Part shown: piece after piece, positions 33,980-43,958 of the stretch | How the letters are laid out: the number at the start of each line of letters is the position of its first letter | Position numbering within the stretch: position 1 is the first letter of the stretch | NCBI GenBank assembly: GCA_002317135.1 | Contig: DCIX01000041.1 | Span: 4,529-68,528, forward strand | DNA length: 64,000 nt | Source of the DNA: Bacteroidales bacterium UBA1715 | GTDB taxonomy: Bacteria; Bacteroidota; Bacteroidia; Bacteroidales; UBA1715 | Direction: 5' to 3' | Program-made: the position numbers and the translations under genes | The notes under the pieces: model-generated | The model's input: the letters and a program-made list of their open reading frames with translations, nothing else | The model's database searches: none | Told to the model about the DNA's origin: nothing

Positions 33980-36900
33980 CTACTTCACCTCACACTCTCC
34001 ACTAACTGTGCAGCCAAATAGTGTGTTATCGTACATACATTCTGCGGTAACTGCTGGCATATAATATATACCTGCGTATGTTGCAGAAAGGCTTGCACGA
34101 ATTGTTACTTGCTCATTTCTTCCTAATGTGTTTATATACAATAGTATTCTATCGTCACGAATATCTTTGTAATCGACGGCACTATTGTCCTGAACAGCCA
34201 ATGTTTCAAAGCCTGCAGGCAAAATGCTTGTAACGGCTATGTTTTTCAATTGGCTTCCTGATGTATTCGTAATCGTGTACACAACGCAACAAGTTTCTCC
34301 TTGGGCTATAGATGTAACATCTTTATCATATGAAACAGTAACCGAAAGCCCATTTGAAACGGCTGTAACTGGTTCCTGTACTGCTGTTCCTTCCGAAATT
34401 GTCGTTACATACAATGTACCTTTTCCTTTGTTGTTTACAGACAAATCTACCGAAGGTTTTCCGTTAACCAAAACATTGCTCCACGACATCATATTCGTAG
34501 AAACGTTCGCAAACTCTTTATTGTTCGTATTCACAACAAAATTCATATCGCTTGTGGTACCATTTTTCTGGTAATACATATTCATTGCATACAATGACAA
34601 CGCTATTTCACTTGTCGAAAGCCATTTATTCGAGGCTAATCTATTACGAACGGTTGTGGCTGTTTTTCCAGCATTCGCATCGTCTAACAAAGACTGAACT
34701 AACAAATCCGTTACGGAATTGTCGCACCACTGCCAAGCGAGTCCTTTTTGTTGACTACGTAATTCGTTCGCCACCTTTTTCTGACCAATCATCGCATACG
34801 CTGCGGCTAAATAACCTAAAGTTGTCGAAGACAATGATTTTGCAGACTCTTTCATTCTGTTCATTGTACTTTTTTCTGGGGAACCGTACGCTGCCAACAC
34901 ATACAACGAGTATGCAACAGTCTGACATTCATATTCGTATCCGCTTGATTTCCAATTACGAACTTGTAAACTTACATATCTCTTTAAGTCGGATTTCATA
35001 GCATTATTCACGAAATATCCTTTCTTCGATGCTCTATCCAAAAACATTAGAACATAAGCAGAAACCCATTGATCCGCGAAAGCACTTCCTGGCCAATATG
35101 CCATCCCGCCATCGTGCGTCTGATATTTTGACAATTTCTGAAGAACATCGTTCACATTCTTATGTATCTCGTTTTTCTGGCTCAAAGTAACTTCGGTAAA
35201 ATCCTTTAAATACATTTGTGCCATAGCCTTCGATGTAATTTGTTCTGCACAGCCGTGTGGATATTGAATCAACTGCGAAGTACGTCCAGCAAGATTCATA
35301 GATGGAACATTCGACACTTCCATACGAATTTGTTGATTGCTACTGCCTGGTGCAATTACTTTTGCGGAATAATTAGATCCTGCCTTCACGACTTGCTGGT
35401 CAATTTTTGTAATATTCTGACTAACAGCACGAATCGTAATATCTGTTGAATAGACAGATTTCTCAGAAGCCGATGTGCTTGTTATTGTAATATTGCCAAC
35501 ACCTGCTTTTGATCCTGCCTTAATTCTAAATTGCACTGTCTTGTCACCCATACCATTAAAGTTAGTTGTAACGGTATTTGAACCAACGACTTGCAATCCT
35601 CCCGAGCAAGATATTGTTGTTTGCACATCTTTTATGTTTTTATCTGTCACAAAAACTGTTGCCGATACCGTCATTTCGTCGTTTACACCTATTTGTCGTG
35701 GCATTGTTCCCGCAACCATCAAGGATTTTCGTACAAATACAGACTTTTCCGAAGAACCGTATGCCGCTCCATCCGAAGCAACAACCATTACACGAACACG
35801 ACCATTATAGTTTGGAACATCTATATTATGTGTATTCTTCTTTCCTTTTTCCAAATAATATGGTCCGCTAAAATAAACCATTGGTTTAAAACGATTTACT
35901 ACAGCTTTTGGACCATCATACAAACTTTCATCACCACCGATGCTGAACAATTGATCAATTGTTCCACCATAAGCACCACAAATCAATCCATACAAATCCC
36001 ACATACGCAACCCCAACGATTCTTTTGCATTGAATACCGACCACGCATCAGGAGTTTTGAAACGAGTTAAATCCAACAAACCTTCATCTACTATTGCCAA
36101 GGTGTAAGCCATTGGTTTTCCGTCTTTTTCGCTTACCGTTACCGTAAACGGCGCCATTGGTTTAACCTCATCTTGTGATTGAATTTGTGGAGTTAAATGA
36201 CTTGCAGCAGAGTTTACATTGATAGATTTCACACCATACAAACGAATAGGAACATCATTGTCCATCGTATGATTATATGGTTGAATTACCGTTACCGCAA
36301 CATACGCGTTCGGCATCATTTCCTCTGTTGCCTTACAACTCACCGTTGTCTGTGCATCATGACATTCCACAAATTTCATATCGAGTATTTTTGCACTATT
36401 GCATACGCTTACTATCGCACGGCTACCTTTTGTCGACGGAAATGTTACATTCACTGTTTCTCCCGGTTTATATTCGTCTTTATCAATTTGCAAAGACAAT
36501 GTCACCGAAGTTTCGCCGCCTTCAACAGAACGAGATTCCGAACCATCATAGTCAAAATAAGCCAACACACTTGTAGAATGTTTATATACAGGATCGACAA
36601 CACGAATCAAGTATGTTCCCCACTCTTCATTTTTCATATTCAAATCAAACGAAGTCTTTCCCGATGCATTTGTTGTTACATTAAGCGTTTTAAATGGTTT
36701 ATTATAACTTGAATTAGTGTAATTTGCCAACTCGTCGGCTGAGCAATTCCACCACCAATACCATTGAACCTTATACACCTCAATTTGAATAGGCACAGAA
36801 CTTATACCCGAACCAGACGCATCAACAACAGCTACGTCGAATTTTTGGGTAGTATTCGTCAACAAATAATCTTGTTTTGAATTTGGAGCTTTTATACCGA

Positions 36901-39415
36901 CATAGCGCACATACGGCGAATATTCAACAAGTTGCACATCAGTACTAAATTCGCCACTTGATTCGTACACTCGTGTTGTCACATTACAAGAAAGTTTTCC
37001 TGGAGCTTCTGAATACTTCGGCATATCAAAAACTACAGTTGCTTTACCTTCTGTATTGGTAACACCATGAGCAACTTCCTCTTCTCGTGGATCAAACGAC
37101 TTCGATTTGTCCTCAAAAGTATAACCATCCCAAGATTTGAACGAGGTCTTGCCATTCACAAATTTCGCCGAAACATCATATTTCAAATCATGCGTTTTTC
37201 CACCAGTCAACCATTCGCTACTTAATGATACAGTTTGAGTGCCCGCTACCAATTGTTTCGGTAACTCAAGGTTTATTTTTAAGCGATTTGGCTTGATTGT
37301 TTCCACACGAAGTCGTTTGCTAAAAGTTGAACCACCCACTTGTATTGTCGCCAACCAACTTCCTGTCTGAGCACTTTCGTCCGTAGGGATTTCAAATGTG
37401 TATAATCCACAAATGCCTTTGGTTTTAGTTTGCTTCATACATTTTTGTCCGAGTGGATTGCTCACTTCCAAAACAACAGGGTGATTTTCCGGCAATGTTT
37501 TTTCTCTATCATTCAACATAAACGATAGGTAAATCGTATCGCCCGGACGCCAAACGCCACGCTCACCATAAATATATCCTTTCAATCCATTTTGCACCTC
37601 ACTACCCGACACGTCAAATGTACTGGTTGAAAGTTCCTCGCCCCTACGAACTTTTACCGTAGAAATATCCGTTCCTTTCTTGGCAATCACAAAATATGGA
37701 GCACCTTGATTCTCCTTAATAGCAACATCTACACGACCTTCTTTGTCTGTTTTGCCTTCGGCAATCACTTGCGACTGTTTATTGTATACCGAAACCTCAA
37801 CATCCGACATTGGCTTCGCATCAAGTATGTTTGTTGTAACTATCGTCATTTTATTTGCAGAAGGTGCAAGAGCAAGCAATCCTATATTTGTTGACAACAC
37901 ATTCTTACCAACATTTTTATAGCAATAGTATGCTTTCTTTTCAGGATTTCGTTCGTCTTCCCAACTGTAATAATAATCGTCACCATCGCTATAACTGCAA
38001 CTACTTGACATATAATACCAATTATAATCGCCATCAAATTCGTTGCTTAGGTTCGCCATTTCAACCTTATCTTCTTTTTCTATATCTTCCTTGTTGAACG
38101 AAGCGTCCACTCCCGGCCAAGCTGAAAGTCTATAATCCATATATAATTCTACACGATATACGCAACCTGGATCAACTTTAACCAAATCAGACAAATCAAT
38201 CGCACACGTCTGCCATTTGGTAAAATCAGAAGTTTCATCCAAGAAGAAAGTTTTTACCGCAACTGGTCGTCCTAACAGTTTTAAATTATCATAATCAGCA
38301 AGAGAACCTTGTTGCATTAGCAATGGTATATTGTTCTTATAAATTTTGAACACTTTCGCCTTCACGCCACGCATATAAATAGACCTGAACGGAATCACAA
38401 ATGTGTTGGTTTGCGGTATAATGTTGCCGTTGTCCAAGAACACGATTTCGGGAAGAACTTGCTTTAATTCAATTTTACGAGTCACATCGGTATTCAACAA
38501 CAACCCAGACTTACTACGGATATTCTTAGAAAGGAACAATGTAACTTCTTCGTTTGCACGACTTTCAGGATACAATTTCAGTGTATTACCCGATGCTTCA
38601 ACAGCAACTGATTCATTATTTATAAGATATGCCAATCCTTTTTTACTTTGCTTTGGATCCAAATTTTTATTGAATGTCACCAATATATATTTCGTATTTT
38701 CCGAAACATAGCGAACATCAAACACACTCAAAGTTTTTGGATCAGGAACAGCAACACGAACTAAATCTTTTGCATCCAACTGATAGTCTTTATGTGCCTT
38801 AGTAGAAAGCGAAATTGTCTGTTCCTTTGTCGGTGTGAACGATACTTTCACCGAATACAATTGTGGTGATTGCGAAGTCCAATCGGCTTTTACATTCTGT
38901 AGACCATCTGTTATAGAAACAACCGACTTCACAACATCGAGCGTCTCAACATCCAATGAACGAACAGTAAATTCATATACATAGTCGCCATTTTCCGCCT
39001 CGGTAAATGTCTCAAAATTAGCAGTTAAACGGAACGGCAATGTTTGAAACGTGAATGTAAATTTCTTAGAATCATCATCGAACAATTCATCTAAATCCGC
39101 CGTAATCGTATAAGTTGTATTATAAGCCATATCCTCCCCTGGCGTAAATACAATTGTATGCGAATCGAAATACGAAAATTCACCTTTTACCGCAGGAGAA
39201 ATCGACATAAATTTATTCGGTTTACGCTTTTCTATAATCGAAGAATCCAAATCTTCCGATAAAATCAAAAACACAGACGCTTTTCGCGATATGTTTCCCG
39301 AAGTAAAACCAACAACATGTTCATTAAATGCAATTTCTGCTTCATCTTTTGATGAACACTGGCAGAAAAACAACGCCATACAGGCAATCCACAACAACAA
39401 TAAGAACTTTTTCAT
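33980..39415 (-). CDS. bacterial alpha-2-macroglobulin family lipoprotein (MG domains, thioester region)
   Basis: 1811 aa. Signal/lipobox-like MKKFLLLLWIACMALFFCQCSS. Thioester-type motif YPHGCAEQ (CxEQ). Confidence 0.9.
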   Translation of the reverse strand: MKKFLLLLWIACMALFFCQCSSKDEAEIAFNEHVVGFTSGNISRKASVFLILSEDLDSSIIEKRKPNKFMSISPAVKGEFSYFDSHTIVFTPGEDMAYNTTYTITADLDELFDDDSKKFTFTFQTLPFRLTANFETFTEAENGDYVYEFTVRSLDVETLDVVKSVVSITDGLQNVKADWTSQSPQLYSVKVSFTPTKEQTISLSTKAHKDYQLDAKDLVRVAVPDPKTLSVFDVRYVSENTKYILVTFNKNLDPKQSKKGLAYLINNESVAVEASGNTLKLYPESRANEEVTLFLSKNIRSKSGLLLNTDVTRKIELKQVLPEIVFLDNGNIIPQTNTFVIPFRSIYMRGVKAKVFKIYKNNIPLLMQQGSLADYDNLKLLGRPVAVKTFFLDETSDFTKWQTCAIDLSDLVKVDPGCVYRVELYMDYRLSAWPGVDASFNKEDIEKEDKVEMANLSNEFDGDYNWYYMSSSCSYSDGDDYYYSWEDERNPEKKAYYCYKNVGKNVLSTNIGLLALAPSANKMTIVTTNILDAKPMSDVEVSVYNKQSQVIAEGKTDKEGRVDVAIKENQGAPYFVIAKKGTDISTVKVRRGEELSTSTFDVSGSEVQNGLKGYIYGERGVWRPGDTIYLSFMLNDREKTLPENHPVVLEVSNPLGQKCMKQTKTKGICGLYTFEIPTDESAQTGSWLATIQVGGSTFSKRLRVETIKPNRLKINLELPKQLVAGTQTVSLSSEWLTGGKTHDLKYDVSAKFVNGKTSFKSWDGYTFEDKSKSFDPREEEVAHGVTNTEGKATVVFDMPKYSEAPGKLSCNVTTRVYESSGEFSTDVQLVEYSPYVRYVGIKAPNSKQDYLLTNTTQKFDVAVVDASGSGISSVPIQIEVYKVQWYWWWNCSADELANYTNSSYNKPFKTLNVTTNASGKTSFDLNMKNEEWGTYLIRVVDPVYKHSTSVLAYFDYDGSESRSVEGGETSVTLSLQIDKDEYKPGETVNVTFPSTKGSRAIVSVCNSAKILDMKFVECHDAQTTVSCKATEEMMPNAYVAVTVIQPYNHTMDNDVPIRLYGVKSINVNSAASHLTPQIQSQDEVKPMAPFTVTVSEKDGKPMAYTLAIVDEGLLDLTRFKTPDAWSVFNAKESLGLRMWDLYGLICGAYGGTIDQLFSIGGDESLYDGPKAVVNRFKPMVYFSGPYYLEKGKKNTHNIDVPNYNGRVRVMVVASDGAAYGSSEKSVFVRKSLMVAGTMPRQIGVNDEMTVSATVFVTDKNIKDVQTTISCSGGLQVVGSNTVTTNFNGMGDKTVQFRIKAGSKAGVGNITITSTSASEKSVYSTDITIRAVSQNITKIDQQVVKAGSNYSAKVIAPGSSNQQIRMEVSNVPSMNLAGRTSQLIQYPHGCAEQITSKAMAQMYLKDFTEVTLSQKNEIHKNVNDVLQKLSKYQTHDGGMAYWPGSAFADQWVSAYVLMFLDRASKKGYFVNNAMKSDLKRYVSLQVRNWKSSGYEYECQTVAYSLYVLAAYGSPEKSTMNRMKESAKSLSSTTLGYLAAAYAMIGQKKVANELRSQQKGLAWQWCDNSVTDLLVQSLLDDANAGKTATTVRNRLASNKWLSTSEIALSLYAMNMYYQKNGTTSDMNFVVNTNNKEFANVSTNMMSWSNVLVNGKPSVDLSVNNKGKGTLYVTTISEGTAVQEPVTAVSNGLSVTVSYDKDVTSIAQGETCCVVYTITNTSGSQLKNIAVTSILPAGFETLAVQDNSAVDYKDIRDDRILLYINTLGRNEQVTIRASLSATYAGIYYMPAVTAECMYDNTLFGCTVSGECEVK

Positions 39416-39539
39416 AGATATATTTTTATTGATTGAATTTTACAAATAAACGAATTTTTGTCAAGATAAAGTTATTCATTTTTATAGAGTTATCAACATT
39501 TTCATACTTGTACAACACTCTATAACGCTAGAAGAAATA

Positions 39540-39960
39540 ATATTCTGTTACTTTTCTTCCAATAGCGGAAGAAAAGTAACCAAAAGAACGCCATCGACGC
39601 CACGACTTCGCTAAAAAATGACTGCATTCCGCTAAAAATCTTGGGATTTGCCCCTACGCACAAGGCCGCGCCGCAAAAGCAATCTTTTTGGACGCTTCAT
39701 TCCGTCATTTTTCTTAACGCTCATTCGTGAAGTCGATTTGTTTTTTGCCTTGAAATCGCAACTAACTCTGGAAGCAGATTTTTCCCGATTCAGCTGCGCG
39801 CGTTAAGCATTTTTGCGAAGTGAAGCGTTAAAAATGATTTGCTGCCTCCGGCAATGCCATATACGAATCTAACCACGCGACATTCAAATCATTTAGCGGA
39901 ACGAAGCAAAAATGTAGCGAAGCAGGTGATCGGCGGGGTTCTTTGGTTCTTTCTTGACCT
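39540..39960. repeat. GC-enriched structured non-coding element in the pbpC-A2M gap
   Basis: A perfect 14-bp-stem hairpin gttacttttcttcc-aatagc-ggaagaaaagtaac (39547-39580). At least five degenerate copies, in both orientations, of a TCATTTTTAGCGGAA-like motif. No credible ORF. A hand count gives 29/60 G+C at 39661-39720 against 10/60 at 39421-39480. Confidence 0.5.
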
Positions 39961-39967
39961 GATGCAA

Positions 39968-39995
39968 GTAGAGACGGTGTGCACACCGTCTCTAC
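39968..39995. repeat. REP copy 12 (the only copy outside the 5-13 kb block)
   Basis: Exact 28-bp palindrome, 2 nt after the pbpC stop codon. Confidence 0.95.
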
Positions 39996-39997
39996 AA

Positions 39998-42304
39998 CTA
40001 AATCACATGTATCAAAATCGCTCTTCTATTTCCTTTTTCATCTACAATAGACAACACATGGTCTCCTTTGGGAGGAATGATTCCCAACTTATGAGAACCT
40101 TCTGTCTTACCAATATATTCAGTATCTAAATGCCAAAATAACACAGTATTTGGTTTGCGATTAACCGCTTCAAACACAACATGTTCCAACGAACCATCAA
40201 ATCCTCGTGGAACGAATATCGTTGCATTATGTTCCGGATAAATAAAATCTATTTGATCGGCATTTCCATAGTCACAATCCTCACGGAATGGCGGCAACAC
40301 ATGATAATCGGCATGTTTGGTTTTATAATAATACTCCTGTGCCGCAGGAAGAACAAACCATTGCTTTGTTTGAAATTCGTCGACAGTGACACATTGGGAA
40401 TTTACTTGCCACAAACCATCTGTACTTATATGAACTATACGACAATACGGACACTGTGTTGTTTGTGCAGATACAGAAGGTAAAAAAACAGTATCCGTAA
40501 AAGCACAATTTTCTGTTGCTAAACAGCCACTTTGACGACATACGACCATTGTTTCCATATCGGTTGTCGGTTTAACAAACCATTCCGAGTTTTCCAATAA
40601 GGCAAATACATCAAACATAACTGGTGACGCATAGCCAACGCCTGTCATTCCGGCACGACCCTCGCCTGTTGCATTTCCCGTCCATACCCCAACAACATAT
40701 TTCGGCGTTACGCCAACCGACCACGCATCACGACTACCCCAACTCGTTCCCGTTTTCCATGCTATATTTTTCATAGAACGAAATTGCGACCATTCAGCTT
40801 CTTCCTCTGGCCTATTTAATTTCGACATAGCATCAATTGCATACCAAATTGCCGGCTTTGTTAAACGACACTCTTCTGTATCTTTTTCTTTTGACTGTAG
40901 CTGAACCGACAATTTACGATACATCTGGCATAAATCCCACAGTTTTACTTCCACACCACCCAAAATCAACGAAGCACCATAATGGTCTTCATTATAATGC
41001 AATGTGTTCATTCCCAACCACTTTAAATCCTCCATAAACCGTCCGGGACCATGCTGCATAAGCATACGAACCAAAGGTACATTCAATGATTGCACAATAG
41101 CATCGTCGGCGTGTACTGCACCACTAAATGTATGGCTGAAGTTCGACGGCGTAAAACCATTGATAGACAACGGCGTATCGGAAATCAACTGACGTGGAGT
41201 AATCTCGCCACTACTTATCATTGCGGCGTACAAAAACGGTTTGAGCGTACTTCCAGGACTACGTTCACTTTGCACAATATCGACTTGCCAAGCTTCAACG
41301 GACATATCGGTTGTATTACCGACATAGGCAATTGGATTTCCCGTTTCTACATCAAGAACAAGAATGGCAATATTATCTATATGGTTTGAATTATGATACG
41401 AGCGAGCATAGTCGTTCGCCAACCGTTGTACCATAGTTTGCAAGCGAGAATCTATATCGGTTTTTATCTGTTTACCATTATTCTTCTTAGACAAAAAATC
41501 TAAATAATGCATTGCATTATTCGGTATGGCATACGGTTTATCGGGAAGCGGTTCCTCTAAAGCCAAAGTGAGTTCTTCTTCGGTAATAAATCCATTCTCG
41601 TGCAAAGTACGCAACAATCCATCGCGTTTCTTTTGTAATTCCGAACGATTTCGAGATAGATGTATCAATGATGGCGAATTTGGCAAAACCGCAAGGCAAC
41701 ACATTTCCGCCCACGAAAGACGTGAAATCTCACGATTACAATAACGCCATGTGGCAGCATCGAGCCCGACAATATTGCCACCAAACGGAGCATGCGATAA
41801 ATATAAACGAAGAATTTCCTCCTTGGAATGCGTCAATTCTATATCTATTGCCCAGAAAATTTCTACAATCTTATTCCAAACTGTTCGTGGTTGATTTCCT
41901 CTAGCCATACGAGCCACTTGCATAGTCAGCGTACTGCCACCCTCACGACGACCATTTCCGCTCATATTATGCTTACAAGCACGCAGAATAGCAATTGGAT
42001 CTACACCCAAATGTCTATAAAAACGTTTGTCTTCATACTGAATAAGACAAGTTATAAACTTTTCGTTCAAAGAATCTGTTTCCGGAAAACGCCACTGTCC
42101 GTCAGCCGCAATGCGTGCACCAAGCAGTGCACCATTTTTATCCAACAACACCGTCGAGGTTGAATCGCGGAACAATTGCCGTGGCATTACAAGCCAATGA
42201 AACAAGGTAAAAAACAATATGCAACCACATATCAGGATAAGAAAAAAGGACATTAGCGCATGTCCTTTCATTTTTACAAATATCTGATTAGCAAACTGTT
42301 TCAT
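39998..42304 (-). CDS. pbpC: penicillin-binding protein 1C (glycosyltransferase + transpeptidase)
   Basis: GT51 motifs (EDKRFYRHLGVDP, GGSTLTMQ), transpeptidase region SPGSTLKP, and a C-terminal PbpC-type domain. Confidence 0.9.
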   Translation of the reverse strand: MKQFANQIFVKMKGHALMSFFLILICGCILFFTLFHWLVMPRQLFRDSTSTVLLDKNGALLGARIAADGQWRFPETDSLNEKFITCLIQYEDKRFYRHLGVDPIAILRACKHNMSGNGRREGGSTLTMQVARMARGNQPRTVWNKIVEIFWAIDIELTHSKEEILRLYLSHAPFGGNIVGLDAATWRYCNREISRLSWAEMCCLAVLPNSPSLIHLSRNRSELQKKRDGLLRTLHENGFITEEELTLALEEPLPDKPYAIPNNAMHYLDFLSKKNNGKQIKTDIDSRLQTMVQRLANDYARSYHNSNHIDNIAILVLDVETGNPIAYVGNTTDMSVEAWQVDIVQSERSPGSTLKPFLYAAMISSGEITPRQLISDTPLSINGFTPSNFSHTFSGAVHADDAIVQSLNVPLVRMLMQHGPGRFMEDLKWLGMNTLHYNEDHYGASLILGGVEVKLWDLCQMYRKLSVQLQSKEKDTEECRLTKPAIWYAIDAMSKLNRPEEEAEWSQFRSMKNIAWKTGTSWGSRDAWSVGVTPKYVVGVWTGNATGEGRAGMTGVGYASPVMFDVFALLENSEWFVKPTTDMETMVVCRQSGCLATENCAFTDTVFLPSVSAQTTQCPYCRIVHISTDGLWQVNSQCVTVDEFQTKQWFVLPAAQEYYYKTKHADYHVLPPFREDCDYGNADQIDFIYPEHNATIFVPRGFDGSLEHVVFEAVNRKPNTVLFWHLDTEYIGKTEGSHKLGIIPPKGDHVLSIVDEKGNRRAILIHVI

Positions 42305-42310
42305 TATAAA

Positions 42311-42448
42311 TTACATTTTCAAAGCCAAGGGCACAAGTTTATCATAATTATAATTTGCCCAAATATTCAAGAAACGCTGATCAATGTCATTTAAGTACCC
42401 ATAACTCTTACGCAATTCCTTTTGAAATAATTTGATATCAAAACTCAT
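42311..42448 (-). CDS. possible 45-aa small ORF
   Basis: MSFDIKLFQKELRKSYGYLNDIDQRFLNIWANYNYDKLVPLALKM, hand-translated. It lies between purT and pbpC on the same strand. There is no supporting homology. Confidence 0.2.
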   Translation of the reverse strand: MSFDIKLFQKELRKSYGYLNDIDQRFLNIWANYNYDKLVPLALKM

Positions 42449-42572
42449 TGCTCTCAAAATTTTCTTACAGTATTCCAACATAGCAGTTCGTTTTAAAATT
42501 ATATTAGTAGAACTGCAATGCTATCTAAATTATTGTAAGAAGATAGACGAACTATTGAAAATCTGATACGAA

Positions 42573-43775
42573 TTATTTTTCAATCACCAAAGCTTCATAC
42601 ATTTGGCGAACTTTTTCCTTAGCCTCTTCTACCGATTCACCACGAGCAAGAAGAACCGCCATACGTCTATGTCCGTGTACTTCTGGTTTACCGAAAATAC
42701 GCATTTGTGTATCTGGTATTGCAAGCACTGTATCCAAATTGCTAAACGACACATTCGAACTATCACCAGAAACCACAACAGCCTTCGAAGCCGATGGACC
42801 ATGGAATGCAATATTAGGAATTGGAAGACCAAGAATTGCGCGAACGTGAAGGGCAAATTCCGACAAATCTTGCGAAATCATTGTTACCATACCTGTATCG
42901 TGTGGACGAGGAGACACTTCGCTAAAGATTACATTATCACCTTTAATGAACATTTCCACACCAAAAATTCCCCAACCCCCAAGTGCGTCAGTGATTTTCT
43001 TTGCAATTTCCTGTGCTTTTTCCAAAGCAACAGAAGACATTGGTTGTGGTTGCCAAGATTCTTGATAATCACCATCTTTTTGCCAATGACCAACCGGAGC
43101 CAAGAAACTAGTACCATTTTTATGACGAACAGTCAACAACGTAATTTCATAGTCAAAATCAACAAAACCTTCAACTATAACTTTGCCAGCTCCAGCTCTA
43201 CCACCTTCCTGAGAAATGTTCCATGAATTATCTATATCTGCTTCGGTTTTCACCACACTTTGACCGTGACCAGAAGAACTCATAATCGGCTTTACAACAC
43301 AAGGAATACCAACCTCACGAACAGCAGCAACATACTCTTCGTAATTTGCAGCAAAACGATATTTTGACGTAGGCAAACCTAATTCTTCGGCAGCCAAACG
43401 ACGAATACCTTCACGGTTCATTGTCAAGAATGTTGCATTGGCAGTAGGAATTACATTAAACCCTTCTTTTTCCAATTCAACCAATGTACTTGTTGCAATC
43501 GCTTCTACTTCAGGAATGATGTAATCTGGTTTTTCTGCATAGATAATTTCACGCAACTTTTCGCTATCCAACATTGAAAGCACATACGATTTATGTGCAA
43601 CCTGCATAGCTGGTGCATTTTCATACTTATCAACTGCAATTACCTGAATTCCATATCGTTGCAATTCAATCGCAACCTCTTTTCCTAACTCTCCGGAACC
43701 ACAAATCAATGCTTTTTTTCCGCCTTCTGTAAATACAGTACCAAATTTTGTCATACTCCTTGTATTTTTTTTCAA
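42573..43775 (-). CDS. purT: formate-dependent phosphoribosylglycinamide formyltransferase
   Basis: [40 protein letters not shown] closely parallels E. coli PurT. An alternative start M8 is at 43754. Confidence 0.92.
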   Translation of the reverse strand: MKKNTRSMTKFGTVFTEGGKKALICGSGELGKEVAIELQRYGIQVIAVDKYENAPAMQVAHKSYVLSMLDSEKLREIIYAEKPDYIIPEVEAIATSTLVELEKEGFNVIPTANATFLTMNREGIRRLAAEELGLPTSKYRFAANYEEYVAAVREVGIPCVVKPIMSSSGHGQSVVKTEADIDNSWNISQEGGRAGAGKVIVEGFVDFDYEITLLTVRHKNGTSFLAPVGHWQKDGDYQESWQPQPMSSVALEKAQEIAKKITDALGGWGIFGVEMFIKGDNVIFSEVSPRPHDTGMVTMISQDLSEFALHVRAILGLPIPNIAFHGPSASKAVVVSGDSSNVSFSNLDTVLAIPDTQMRIFGKPEVHGHRRMAVLLARGESVEEAKEKVRQMYEALVIEK

Positions 43776-43914
43776 AAGTAGAAATTCATTTTACTTTCGC
43801 GACCATCAAACAGAATAAGATATTGACAAAGCAAAAAAATATTGTGAATAACTTTATGTGCAGCATCAATATGAAAAATCACATAATAGTCTCTCAAAAT
43901 CCTCGTTTTTTTCA

Positions 43915-43922
43915 TACCTTTG
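43915..43922 (+). promoter_or_regulatory. candidate -7 box TAccTTTG for secA
   Basis: tacctttg lies 37 nt upstream of the ATG at 43959. Confidence 0.4.
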
Positions 43923-43958
43923 CAAACATTTAAGACAAAACGTACATAAAAAATATAT

